DNA from: Dehalococcoidia bacterium
GTDB taxonomy: Bacteria; Chloroflexota; Dehalococcoidia; SM23-28-2; RBG-16-64-32
NCBI GenBank assembly: GCA_963665775.2
Contig: CAXXTF010000001.1
Span: 640,001-704,000, forward strand
Length of the DNA: 64,000 nt
Direction: 5' to 3'
Shown here piece by piece: positions 21,166 to 31,958 of this stretch. Position 1 is the first letter of the stretch; the number at the start of each line of letters is the position of its first letter. The notes under the pieces are model-generated. The model was not told the DNA's origin, ran no database searches, and saw only the letters and a program-made list of their open reading frames with translations. The position numbers and the translations under genes were made by a program.

Positions 21166-23588
21166 GGCCCGCCTCCGCCGCCGCCGGCTCCGCCGCCGCC
21201 GGCACCGCCGCCGCCAGCACCGCCGCCACCAGCGCCGCCGCCGCCACCGAATCTGCCGCCGCCACCACCGCCTGGGAAGGCCGGGGCAGCGGTCGGCTGA
21301 ACGGTTGCCGCCGCACGGCCCGAGAATACGATCACCGCCCCGGCCTCTAGCTCACCCGTGATCTCCGTGTTGGTCCCATCGCTGAGCCCTGCCTGGACTT
21401 CGACCCTCTCCGTCGATCCGTCCTCCCGCAGGATCTCCACGAAGCTTTGCAGCCCCTCGTTCTGGATGGCCTGCGCCGGCACGGTGAGGACGTTCACGCT
21501 CTGAGCGATCGTGATCGTGATGGAGGCGTTCATGCCAGGCAGTGGCCTAACCTCGGCGTCGCCAGCGGCGCCTCCGACCGGCGCCTGGCCAGAGCCACCC
21601 CGGCCCGGCGTAAGGGCTCCACCATCGATGATGGTGTCGACGTTAGAGGTCAGATTCTCGATCAGAGTGTCCACATTCCCCTGCGGGAGGGTGCCGGCCT
21701 CCACCGCCTCGCTCAGGCTCGTCTCAATCTGGTCAATGAGGAAGGAGCTCAGCTCGTCGCGGCTGCGGCCGTGCGCTTCGGCCACGCTGCCTGGCGTCGC
21801 ACCTTCGGAGCCCAGCTCGGACTCCAGTTGAAGCTGTGAGATACCCAGGAAGTCGGCGAACTCCTCGCTGGGGCCCGCCACGTTGAATAGCCCCTGCCCA
21901 GCGCCGCCACCGAAACGGCCCCCACCGAATCCGCCTTCACCGCCCGGCGCCCCTACCGCGCCAGCCCCCGTCCCTGAAAAGATGCTCGCTTCCACCCTGT
22001 ACGTGACGACACCCTGCGTCGTGGTGGGCGCCGTCCCAATCGAGTCGATGACGATCGGGACCGGCGTGTCCCCAAGGGCGTCCAGGAAGGCGAGTCCCAC
22101 CTGGCCGACGGCGACGTCCGCCCGGTCCGATTCGGTGATCGTGATGTCGAACCGGACGGCATCCGGGGTGTTAAGAATGATCGTCGTCTGATTAGGACCT
22201 GTCGCCTGGCCCACCTCGATGTTTAGCGCCGCTACTGTGCCATCGAACGGAGCGATGAGCAAGGCGTCCTCGAGACCGTTCTGGGCGCGTGCGAGCGCAA
22301 GCTCGGCGAGTTGCACTTGTCCGCGCTGCGCCTCAATCTCATCGGCCGTGGCGCCGGCGTACGACTCGTCCCGCTTGAGCTTCGCCGTGTCGAGCGAGAA
22401 TGCGGCGTTGTCAACATTGTGCTGCGCCGACGCCAATTCGTCCGCCGTGGCTCCATCCTCCACCTCCGCCCGCCTTATTGTCGCCAGGTCGAGCGAAACG
22501 GCCGCCGAGGCGATCGCATCATCGTCCCGCGAGATCTCCTCCGCTGTGGGGTCATTCTTCGCCTCCTCAAGCTCCTGCTTAGCCACCTTAATGTCCGCTT
22601 TCGCCGTCTCGACAGCCTCATCGGCAGCCTTCCTTGAGGCCAGAGTATTCTTGTAGGACACGTTGGTGCTCAATAGTTGTGCGGCTTGCGACGCTCGTTG
22701 GGGATTCTCCGTAGTTGTGTCCTTCAGGAGAATAGTTTCGTCCGCGGCGGACATCGGTGCTGCCCGCTCATGGCAGAACGCGATGGCATCCGAATCCGGC
22801 CAGAAATCGTCACAGTAATTCGTCTCTGCGCTCAGCAATGAGGCCTGCGAAGATATGAGGCTGCCGGCAGAATTGTCCGCCGACCGCTGTACGCTTTCGA
22901 GCGTGGTCTGGGCTCTTGTAACGGCCTCTTCCGCGGCCGCCACGGCGGCTTCGGCAGCTTCGAACAGATTGCCCTTGGATTCCATCGCTTGGACTAGCTG
23001 GGACTCTGCCGACATGACGGATTGCTGAGCCGAAAGCAACTCGCTCTCAGAGGGACCGTCCAGCAGGTCCTGAAGGGCCCGGCTAGCCTGATCCAAGTTC
23101 GCTTGCGCCGGCGCCAGGCTCTGATCGGCAGATATGAGCTCGGCGGCGCTGCTTCCCGCCAAGATCTCGTTCAGCCGGACCTGCGCGGACGCAAGGTTTA
23201 GCTCGGCGCTTATCAGGGAGTCCTGAAGCGAGTCCGACTCGATCTCGGCAAGGACGGCACCTTCCTGGACTTCCTGCCCCAGCGTTACGTTGACGGCTAT
23301 GACCTGTCCGGACGTGCCAAACGAGAGCTCCGCAGTCGACTCCGCGACGACCACGCCGCTGGTGCTGATCGTCTGTGTGATCGATCCTTGCGCGACCGTA
23401 GCCGTTTGGACCTCCGTGCCCGACGAACTCTCGCCGTCCAGCACCATGGCCCAGAGGGCATATGCGCCCGCCGCGACCAGCACCGCCAGCAGGGCTAGAC
23501 CAACGAGGCGATTACGCCAACGATGGCCGCCTTCGTCTAGCAGATCGTCGTAATCGTCCACGTCCTCAAGGGTAGGCGACTGGCTCAT
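21162..23588 (-). CDS. MacA-like efflux adaptor subunit with long coiled coil and Gly-rich tail
   Basis: N-terminal TM, LSFGTSGQV, LIAPFDGTV, LPGMNASITI; AGGAG RBS before ATG 23588. Confidence 0.88.
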   Translation of the reverse strand: MSQSPTLEDVDDYDDLLDEGGHRWRNRLVGLALLAVLVAAGAYALWAMVLDGESSSGTEVQTATVAQGSITQTISTSGVVVAESTAELSFGTSGQVIAVNVTLGQEVQEGAVLAEIESDSLQDSLISAELNLASAQVRLNEILAGSSAAELISADQSLAPAQANLDQASRALQDLLDGPSESELLSAQQSVMSAESQLVQAMESKGNLFEAAEAAVAAAEEAVTRAQTTLESVQRSADNSAGSLISSQASLLSAETNYCDDFWPDSDAIAFCHERAAPMSAADETILLKDTTTENPQRASQAAQLLSTNVSYKNTLASRKAADEAVETAKADIKVAKQELEEAKNDPTAEEISRDDDAIASAAVSLDLATIRRAEVEDGATADELASAQHNVDNAAFSLDTAKLKRDESYAGATADEIEAQRGQVQLAELALARAQNGLEDALLIAPFDGTVAALNIEVGQATGPNQTTIILNTPDAVRFDITITESDRADVAVGQVGLAFLDALGDTPVPIVIDSIGTAPTTTQGVVTYRVEASIFSGTGAGAVGAPGGEGGFGGGRFGGGAGQGLFNVAGPSEEFADFLGISQLQLESELGSEGATPGSVAEAHGRSRDELSSFLIDQIETSLSEAVEAGTLPQGNVDTLIENLTSNVDTIIDGGALTPGRGGSGQAPVGGAAGDAEVRPLPGMNASITITIAQSVNVLTVPAQAIQNEGLQSFVEILREDGSTERVEVQAGLSDGTNTEITGELEAGAVIVFSGRAAATVQPTAAPAFPGGGGGGRFGGGGGAGGGGAGGGGAGGGGAGGGGGGP
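21168..21272 (-). repeat. Low-complexity 15-nt repeats encoding (GGGGA)n
   Basis: Repeated CCGCCGCCGCC(A/G)GC units at the 3' end of the adaptor gene. Confidence 0.85.
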
Positions 23589-23645
23589 GTTGAAACTCCT
23601 GGCGTGACTTCCGGAGGCTGCTCCTTGAAGGGTAGGCTCCATTTA

Positions 23646-23681
23646 TTAGGGGTACATTAGAGAACAGTTAGAATCCTTTAA
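23646..23681 (-). promoter_or_regulatory. 11-bp periodic direct repeats upstream of macA-like operon
   Basis: TTAG at 23646, 23657, 23668 and TTAA at 23678; putative -10 TACCCT downstream on minus strand. Confidence 0.45.
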
Positions 23682-23784
23682 TCCCCAGAGGCAGTGACGA
23701 ATTCGTTATCTGTTCAGTCACTTGCAGCCCATCTCAGGAGCCGCTAAGCTCCAGTTCCCACCTCCTCAGGATAAGGAGCGGACT

Positions 23785-24609
23785 TTGCCGGTCATCGATA
23801 CGCACGCCCACTTCTGGGAGCGGCCCGCCACCGCACCTCAAGCCAGCGAATCGGGGGAACCGGTCTCCTCTGAGCAGCTGCTCGCCGCGATGGAGCAGGC
23901 AGGGGTCGACAAGGTGATCCAGGTGACGCGGTCCCTGATGGGCTACGACAACCGTTACTCGCTGGAGGGGGCGGCCCGCTACCCGGACAGGTTCAGAGTG
24001 TTCGGCCGCTTTGATCCGGCCGCACCCAACGTGGTATCGCGTCTGCGGTCCTGGCTCGATCAACCGTACATGATCGGCATCCGCCTTATGCTGATCGCTC
24101 CACCCGAGGACGGATGGCTGCAGGACGGGACTCTGGAGCCGTTTTGGGCGGAGGCCGAGAGGCTGGACATCCCCATCGCGGTCTACGCCCCGCACCAGGT
24201 AAGCCGTCTGGCCGCAGTGGGCGAGCGCCATCCCGGGCTGCGGCTGCTGGTGGATCACCTGGGTCTGCGCGTCTTCAGGGTCGACGAGCCGCCCTCGCCG
24301 TTCGAGGACTGGGACGACATCTTCAAACTGGTCGCCGTGCCGAACACGTTCCTGAAGGTGTCCGGCCTTCCGGAGGCCACCTCTGAACGATACCCGTTCC
24401 CCAGGGCAGGGCGGTACCTGCGCGAGCTCTACGAGCGGTTCGGCGCGGACCGGCTGATGTGGGGATCAAACTATCCGGTGACCCTCCATGTTTGTTCCTA
24501 TCAGGAGTCTCTCGATCTCGTCCGGGTCGCCTGCGACTTCATATCGGCCGGGGACCGGGAGAAGATTCTGGGCGGGACCGCCAAGCGGGTGTTACGGCTC
24601 CCCTGGTGA
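23785..24609 (+). CDS. Amidohydrolase_2 family (lactonase-like)
   Basis: IDTHAH, LLVDHLG, FLKVSG, RLMWGSNYP; TAAGGAG RBS. Confidence 0.9.
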   Translation: MPVIDTHAHFWERPATAPQASESGEPVSSEQLLAAMEQAGVDKVIQVTRSLMGYDNRYSLEGAARYPDRFRVFGRFDPAAPNVVSRLRSWLDQPYMIGIRLMLIAPPEDGWLQDGTLEPFWAEAERLDIPIAVYAPHQVSRLAAVGERHPGLRLLVDHLGLRVFRVDEPPSPFEDWDDIFKLVAVPNTFLKVSGLPEATSERYPFPRAGRYLRELYERFGADRLMWGSNYPVTLHVCSYQESLDLVRVACDFISAGDREKILGGTAKRVLRLPW

Positions 24610-26132
24610 CGGCCTAGGCAGAGGCGCGTCCAGGTTAACCTAGAAGCTCCGGCGCCATCGGTTGATCCGATATTCCATGGTCGGCTCGTGCTAGGTGAGG
24701 GCGGAGATTGGCAACGCGGGCAGTTCATGGGTAGCTCCTCCTCTAGACTGAGACAAGCCCACCCCGGAGGCCCGAGTTCTGACAGAACCGATATTGGACC
24801 CCCACAGGCATACAGATGGTTGTTGCCCGGTGCTGGGTCGCCTACACTGCGAAAACGGGAGGCCGGCTTCTTGTCCTGTTCAGATACGGGGGAAATCTTG
24901 GCGCACCACACAAATCAGACGCAGTCAGGCGGCGCGAGAAGAGCCAGCACCGGCTGTGCCAAGGAGGAAGCGAAGATTAACTGGCGTCAAAGCAGGTGGT
25001 ACTGGGATCTGCCGGTTCTGACGCAGTGACACAAGCGATATGCCTCAGAACCGCCTCATCCACTACCTTCTGAGATACAAGTGGCGCTACCTCCCTGGCT
25101 TTGTGGCGCTTCTTGGTGCCTCAGTGCTCGTGATGCTGCCGCCCATAGTGATCCGGGAAGCCGTCGATAGTATCACCCGGGGGACCACGATGACCAGGTT
25201 GGCTGCCCTCGGAGGCGTGATGCTGGGACTGGCGGTCGCTGAGAGCGGCCTGCGTTTCGCCGCCCGTCACCTGGTCTCGGGCACATCACGGCTGGTTGAG
25301 TATGATCTGCGCGGCGTCTTGGCGGCTCACCTGATGCGGTTAGACCAACGATTCTATCTGAAATCCCAGACTGGGGATTTGATGGCTAGAGGTACCAACG
25401 ACCTTGAGAGGGTGCGCATGCTGGCGGGGGCAGGTCTCATCGACCTAATCCGGCTCCCGGTAATGATGCTCGTCGGCCTGCTCCTCATGCTCACGATTGA
25501 CGTACGCCTGGCGCTGATCTCAATCGCCTATTTCCCAGTCATCATCGTCATTATCATCCTGGTCCAGACCACCACAGAAGCGAAGTATCGAGCCGTGCAG
25601 GACCAGTTCGGAGTATTGACGAGCCGTGTCCAGGAGAACATCTCTGGCGTACGAGTAATCAAGGCCTACGCCCAGGAAGAAGCGGAGTTGGCCACCTTTG
25701 CCGCGGCGAATCAGGAGATGATAAGACGCACAATGGCCTGGGCATACTACGCAGCCGGATTCTGGCCGGTGATGGTCCTGGCCACCGGCTCGTCGATCGT
25801 TCTAGTCCTCTGGTTCGGCGGCCGCGAGGTCGTGGCCGGACAACTTACGGTCGGCCAGTTTGTACAATTCATCGCCTACCTGGCGATCCTAGCGGGCCCG
25901 GTACTCTTATTGAGCTGGACCGTTATGCTAGTCCAGCAAGGGCTCGCCTCTTGGAAGCGCGTTCGAGAGGTTCTCTCATCGGAACCTCAGATCGTCGAGC
26001 CGAGGCAGTCGGTCCCGCGGATAGCCTCAGGGGGCGATATAGAGTTTAGATCGGTCACGTTTGGCTACAATGATCGGCCGGTGCTGAGGAACGTCAACCT
26101 GAGGATACCGGCAGGCGCCACAGCTGCCTTAG

Positions 26133-27836
26133 CCCGAATCCACCGAAGGACACGGATGGACGGCGTGAGGACAGCGGAAGGGGGTGGGTGAGGGAGCTAC
26201 AGGGGAGATGGCCTGGGGTCTTGGGGTAGATGGGAGGCCGGCGGACGGTCTTCAGTCGCCGCACAGGGCCCCTAAGGCCCTATGCGGGAGTTGCGATGCG
26301 CGGGATGGCGAGAGGATACGCAGCAGGGGACTCTCGCGACCGGGGTGGCGCGAGATTGCGGGGACGTTGGGTCAGTTGCAGGCTGGCCGTCAGGCCGGGA
26401 ATGGAATGGCTTGCAGCCGGGCCAAGGCGCGACTGAACTGGGTTTCCCAAGGCCAGCGCCGGGGGAGATGCAAAGTGAGGCGGCGCGCCGAGCGGGTGAT
26501 CCGTCCCACGAGAGCGAAGACCCGCCGCCTGAGGGTCTTGGTGGTCACGATCTGCTGACCCAGGCCGATGCGGGCTGTCCAGCGGGCCAGGTTATGCGCC
26601 ATCACCTGGACCGCCAGCCAGGCGCCGTTGGCGGCGAAGCGCCCCGACGGCATGTGGTTCAGCCCGACGCCGTACTTGAGGTCGCGTATGGCGTTCTCGA
26701 CCTCGGCGTGGCGGCGATGATCGGCCTCCAGTTCCAGCGTCTCCCCATCGCGGTCGGTGATGAAGGCGTGATAGCTGTATCTGGCGAAGAGGGCGAGCTG
26801 GGAACCGGGCGTCGGCTTCACCCGCCGGACAATGAGCCGCACCGGCGCGGCGTCCGGCTTGGTCTGGAACGGGGTGTAAGTCGTCTCGGCGACATCGGCG
26901 GCGCCGTCCATCTAGTAGGGAATGGGAGTCCAGTCCTCCTCTGGTATCGCCTCGATCAGGTCCCGCAGGCTGGCGCGCTGGCGGATGGTGATAGAGAAGC
27001 GGACATCCATTTCCCGGCAGGCGGCAACGACAGTGTGGGCGTAGAAGCCGCTGTCGGCCCGCACCGTGAGTTGTCCCCTGGCCCCGCCGTAGCGCACCCG
27101 CCCCACCGTCTCACGCAGGAAGTGGGCGGCGCCACGGGCGGTGTTGGCCCGGCCCTCGCGCAGCCGGGACATCAGCACCTCGCCGGTGCCGGCGGCAATG
27201 GCCAGCAGCGGGTGATAGCCGCGGGCGCCGGTATAGCCGTGGTGGCGCGCTCCCTCCTTGGCCAGTCCATAGGTCTCGCAGATGGTCGAGTCCAGGTCGA
27301 TGGTCAGGGGCGAGTCGCCGGGTCCGGCCCCAGCGGCCCAGGCCCGGGCCAACAATTGGCGGCTCACGCGGTCGAGTTGACGGACATGCCCCCACCGGAA
27401 GCTGCGCAGGAAGGTCCCCAGGGTGGATGGCGCCTTGACCACGCAGCCTAGAACACCGACCGTCCCACCAGCGCGCAGCGCATCGGCGTCGTCGATGCAG
27501 TCGCCGCCTGCCAGCGCGGAAGCGACCAGCGTCAGCATCTTGTCCCCAGTGTTCGCCCGTCCCGGCGCTCCGCCGAGGTCAAGGTGATGGTCGACGAGTT
27601 CCCGCAGGCCCAGGTGCCGGGCTAGGGTGGCTGGCAGGAGCAGGCCGGCATTGGCCACCAGGCGATGGTCGTCAAAGAGGATGCGGATACGGTCGGGTTT
27701 GTTCTGTGGCAGCATCTATTGGGTGCTCCTTGTTTCCGGGCTGGTTTCTGTTCCAAAACCATTATCCCAGATTCAGAGGAGCACCCGATGGCTTCTTCAA
27801 GGACTGTCCCCAAGGCCGTCCTTCGGTGGATTCGGG
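26133..27836 (-). mobile_element. IS1380-family element copy 1 (1704 bp)
   Basis: 19-bp perfect TIR CCCGAATCCACCGAAGGAC; 5-bp TSD CTTAG (26128-26132, 27837-27841). Confidence 0.95.
26390..27715 (-). pseudogene. IS1380 DDE transposase with nonsense mutation (TGG>TAG at 26912-26914)
   Basis: IDLDST, VRADSGF, EVENAIRDLK; otherwise matches intact copy 2. Confidence 0.92.
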
Positions 27837-28517
27837 CTTAGTAGGAGAAACCGGGTCTGGCAAGACCACCCTTGTGAATCTCCTGGTTCGGCTCTTCGAT
27901 CCCTGGGAGGGGCAAGTAACGCTCGGCGGCGTGGATGTGCGGCAGTTCTCGCTGGAAGAGCTGCGTGAAGCGGTGGGCTTCGTCTCCCAAGAGAGCTTTC
28001 TTTTCTCCGATCCGCTCAGGGAGAATCTCTCCTACGGGCGATCAAACCCGCCACACGAAGAGCTGGAACAAGTTATCGAAACTTCACAGCTGGTTAACGA
28101 CCTGCCTCAGTTTACCCACGGCCTCGACACCCTGATTGGAGAGCGCGGCATGACCCTCTCCGGCGGCCAGAAACAGCGGGTGGCACTGGCGCGTGCCCTG
28201 CTTAAGAGGCCGCAGATCTTGGTCTTGGACGACGCCCTAGCGCACGTGGACACCTACACGGAGGAGCAAATACTGCAGCGGCTTCAGGCCTCCAAGGGGC
28301 AGCGAACGACGATCTTGATCGCTCACAGGACCTCCACCGTCGCCTCGGCGGACCTGATCGTCACTCTAGAGGATGGCGCGATTGCGGAGATAGGGACACA
28401 CGAAGATCTGCTGGGGCGCGATGGTGTGTACTCTCGCTTCTACCGTCGACAACTTGTCGCTGAGCAGCTGCAAGAAGAGACACAGGTAGTTCCGCCGGAA
28501 GACCAGGAGATCTCATC

Positions 28518-30317
28518 TTGATGGTCGACCGCTCGGAAGAAGAAGATCCCGTCGGCAAGGTCTATGACGCCCGTCTCGTTCGGCGGATGTCCGGCTACGT
28601 CCGTCCCTATTGGCGGCCATTAGCCATTTCTGTGGTGTTGCTAACGTGTGTAGCGGGCCTGGAGATTGTTGGCCCCTTGATCGTTCGGTATGCCATAGAC
28701 AACCAGATAGCCCAAGGACGGACCGATCGTCTCGGGCTGTTGGTCGCGCTGTACCTCGGCAGCCTGGCAGCCATTTTTCTCTTGCGCTACGGTCTCACCT
28801 TGCTGATGATCTATATCGGGCAACGGGTGATGATGGCGCTACGCATGGCGCTCTTCTCTCACCTGCAGCGGATGTCCATCGCCTTTTTCGATCGGAACCC
28901 AGTCGGACGCCTCACGACACGCCTCACCAACGATGTAGCCACCCTGGAGATGGTCATCTCTGAAGGCATAATCGAGATCATCACGAATCTCATGCTAGTG
29001 AGCGTCATCGCTGTCGCGCTGCTGGTGCTGGACTGGCGGCTCGCGCTGGCAATGTACGTATTCCTGCCCTTCGGGATCTTTACCGTGCGCTACTTCGCCT
29101 CGGCACAGCGAGAGGCACATCGTGAACAGCGAGCTTGGCTGGCGCGCATCAACGCCTTCCTCAATGAAAACATTTCGGGGATGGCCACCGTGCAGCTATT
29201 CAACCGGCAGAAAGAGAATCTGCACCGGTTCGATGGTCGCAACCAAGGTCTCCTTGGGGCTAGCCTTCGAAGCATTGCCGCTTACGCCGTGTTTGAGCCG
29301 ACGGTGATCATGTTCAATGCTCTCACCACCGCCACGATCCTTTGGTATGGCGGGGGCCGGGTTGTCCAGGGCGCGCTGACTTTGGGCACCTTGGTCGTGT
29401 TCATCCAACTCATGCAGCGCGTTTACTGGCCGCTTCGCGATCTCGCTGACCGATACACGACTATGCAGCAGGCCATGGCTTCGTCAGAGCGAATCTTCTC
29501 GCTCCTTGACGAGCCGGAGGAGATCATCGACGCGTCATCACCGCGACACCTCGTTGATGTCAAGGGCAAGGTCGAGTTCCGCAACGTCTGGTTCGCTTAT
29601 GACGAAGAGAATTGGGTCTTGCGGGACGTTTCCTTCGTAATCAATCCTGGTGAGAAGGTCGCCATTGTCGGCGTGACCGGGGCTGGCAAGTCGACCATCA
29701 TCAGCCTGCTCAGCCGGTTCTACGACGTCCAGCGCGGGACGATTCTGGTGGACGATGTCCCAGTTGACCAGATCCCTCAACGGGAACTGCGGCGCCACGT
29801 GGGAATAGTCTTGCAGGACGCCTTCCTGTTCACGGACACCGTTGAAGAGAACATACGCTTGCGCGATTCGTCGATAACGTCGGCGCAGGTCCGGGAAGCA
29901 GCTCACGTTATCGGCGCGGACGTTTTCATCACGCAACTGCCGGAGGCCTACAGCACACTCTTGGCGGAGCGAGGAGCCAATCTCTCAGTCGGTCAGAAGC
30001 AGCTCCTAGCCCTGACGCGCGTCGCAGCCTTCAATCCCGAGATTGTTCTCGTTATGGACGAAGCGACGGCTAGCATTGATCCGCTGACTGAGGCTGCGAT
30101 CCAGCGTGGAATTCGGCAGGTGACTTCAGGGCGAACGTCGATCATCATCGCACACCGCCTCAATACGATCCGAGACGTGGACTGGATCGTTGTCATGCAT
30201 CAGGGCCAGGTCGCTGAGGTGGGCACTCACAAGGATCTGTTGGTCCAGAGGGACATCTACTACCGATTGTACAAACTGCAATACGACGAACAGGAGTCCT
30301 TCCGGACCGGGGGCTAA
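28518..30317 (+). CDS. Heterodimeric multidrug ABC exporter subunit B
   Basis: GVTGAGKST, LSVGQKQLL, VMDEATASID; overlaps stop of subunit A. Confidence 0.93.
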   Translation: MMVDRSEEEDPVGKVYDARLVRRMSGYVRPYWRPLAISVVLLTCVAGLEIVGPLIVRYAIDNQIAQGRTDRLGLLVALYLGSLAAIFLLRYGLTLLMIYIGQRVMMALRMALFSHLQRMSIAFFDRNPVGRLTTRLTNDVATLEMVISEGIIEIITNLMLVSVIAVALLVLDWRLALAMYVFLPFGIFTVRYFASAQREAHREQRAWLARINAFLNENISGMATVQLFNRQKENLHRFDGRNQGLLGASLRSIAAYAVFEPTVIMFNALTTATILWYGGGRVVQGALTLGTLVVFIQLMQRVYWPLRDLADRYTTMQQAMASSERIFSLLDEPEEIIDASSPRHLVDVKGKVEFRNVWFAYDEENWVLRDVSFVINPGEKVAIVGVTGAGKSTIISLLSRFYDVQRGTILVDDVPVDQIPQRELRRHVGIVLQDAFLFTDTVEENIRLRDSSITSAQVREAAHVIGADVFITQLPEAYSTLLAERGANLSVGQKQLLALTRVAAFNPEIVLVMDEATASIDPLTEAAIQRGIRQVTSGRTSIIIAHRLNTIRDVDWIVVMHQGQVAEVGTHKDLLVQRDIYYRLYKLQYDEQESFRTGG

Positions 30318-30430
30318 GCTTGCCGTCCCACATCCTCGCTCTCAATGGTAGGGACGAACAGCTTGAGGGTCCCCCGGTAGGACCGAACGGTTTCGTCGGC
30401 CTTCCCCGCGATGCGGCAGGAGATGACTTT

Positions 30431-30470
30431 AGGGAGCCTGGTTGACACCTCGCATCGTTGATAGTATCTT
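30431..30470 (+). promoter_or_regulatory. Sigma70-type promoter, near-duplicate of 40764..40804
   Basis: TTGACA-17-TATCTT. Confidence 0.65.
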
Positions 30471-30511
30471 AGGGTTTCAAACAGTGCCGGGCACTGGCCA
30501 GGTAAAGTTCG

Positions 30512-31417
30512 ATGACTAGCGACGAAATCGTATCTAAAGAAGGTCACTTTTACGGACCGTGGCGCCAGTCTCGCAACCCGGGCGCTGGCGGGACCGGTAG
30601 CCTTCACGCCGATACCACCGCCCAGCAACTCGGGTTTCGTGGGGGCGCCGTGGCTGGAGTGACCCACTTTGAGCTCTTTCCACCCCTCATCCAGAAAGCG
30701 TGGGGCCAGCGGTGGTTTGAGCGGGGCACCCTGTCAATCGACTTCCACAACCCTACGGTGGACAGAGAGGATGTCCGCGCTATCCTCGGCCAGCCCCCGG
30801 CCGGTGAGGCTGCGTCTCAGGTTGTGGCCTGGATCGAGCGGCCCGATGGCATGATGGTAGGCAAGGGGACAGCGTCTGCAGGGGACTGCGAAGAGACAAC
30901 GACTCTGAGCGCGAAGGACATCCACAAGTACGACACCGGCACCTACTCCATCCTTAAGAACGTGCAGCCAGGTGACGTCCTGCCGACTGTGGACGTGTCG
31001 GTAACATTGGAACAGTCACGTCGGCGGATGGAAACGATCACAGAACCGCTGCCCTGGTATGTAGGGGAATCGCCATGGGGCGGCCCGATCGCCACCCCTA
31101 GCATGGCGACCAGCACAATGTCACAGCCCTGGCGGCCCTACATTAAAGAGCGTGGCATGCCGGCGGTGGTTCTTTGGGGAGCCGCAGAATTGCGGCTCCT
31201 GAATGGACCGGTGAAAGTCGATGAACTGTACCAGGCCGGCGGGGAAATAGTGGCGCGGGGACAGAGCCCAAAGACTGAATACTTCTGGTCTGAGACGTAT
31301 CTGAATGACGCGACGGGTGGGCGTGTCGCGGAGTTACGAATGCAATTGCGGTTCCTCAAGGATTCAGGGGAGCTGGTTGATCCGGATTGGCCGCGGGTCC
31401 GCACGGCAAGCCGTTAA
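30512..31417 (+). CDS. Hypothetical double hot-dog (MaoC-like) protein
   Basis: SLHADTTAQQLGFRGGAVAG hydratase-like motif; ESPWGGPIATPS. Confidence 0.6.
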   Translation: MTSDEIVSKEGHFYGPWRQSRNPGAGGTGSLHADTTAQQLGFRGGAVAGVTHFELFPPLIQKAWGQRWFERGTLSIDFHNPTVDREDVRAILGQPPAGEAASQVVAWIERPDGMMVGKGTASAGDCEETTTLSAKDIHKYDTGTYSILKNVQPGDVLPTVDVSVTLEQSRRRMETITEPLPWYVGESPWGGPIATPSMATSTMSQPWRPYIKERGMPAVVLWGAAELRLLNGPVKVDELYQAGGEIVARGQSPKTEYFWSETYLNDATGGRVAELRMQLRFLKDSGELVDPDWPRVRTASR

Positions 31418-31477
31418 GCCCTAGCTGGAAACGGGAACCAAAGGTGGCCCCCGCCACTATATGCGCGTTTGTCCCCC

Positions 31478-31618
31478 CGCGACGGCAACTTCGAGGTCTA
31501 CGTCACGAACGCCGATGGCTCCAACGTTAGCAACCTCACGAACAACCTCGCTAATGAGGATGCCTCCCCCTGGTCGCCGGACGGTAGCCGCATTGCCTCC
31601 GACCGCGACAGGAGGTGA
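31478..31618 (+). pseudogene. TolB/PD40 repeat fragment
   Basis: RDGNFEVYVTNADGSNVSNLTNN...PWSPDGSRIA. Confidence 0.75.
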
Positions 31619-31819
31619 GATGGAACTCGGCTATCTCCGTCAAGTTCTGCCGTGGGCTACCATTGCCGTTGCGGCTTCTCCTCATGCTCTCCCCCACATT
31701 TAGATATAGAAGGCTGCGTCGCATTCATGACTCTGCCGGGCAAGGAAGTCAAGGGCGGTTGCGGAGAACATGGGAGGAAATCGGACCGATTCGGGCGGAT
31801 TGGCCCAATTCAGGTCACG

Positions 31820-31939
31820 GGAGAGGGGACGGCCCGCACTGGAACGAGCGAAGTGCCGCGCCCAGGCGCGCTCACCAATGCCACCCACAGAATTGCCGCC
31901 TGAACTTTTCAGATACGGATGGAATTTTGGCACCCCAGG
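31820..31939 (+). mobile_element. Transposase tail and right end of IS3/IS481-like element
   Basis: ...GALTNATHRIAA* then ACGGATGGAATTTTGGCACCCCAGG. Confidence 0.55.
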
Positions 31940-31958
31940 GTCAGTCGGGCCGGCCGAC

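Larger units (their letters stand above)
25040..28521 (+). pseudogene. Heterodimeric multidrug ABC exporter subunit A, interrupted by IS1380
   Basis: TMD then GATAAL / VGETGSGKTT: removing IS and one CTTAG restores Walker A; LSGGQKQRV. Confidence 0.92.

Noticed and set aside
27706-28521. Stand-alone ABC ATPase ORF
   Set aside because: It is the IS-severed C-terminal half of the 25040 gene; its N-terminus is IS sequence
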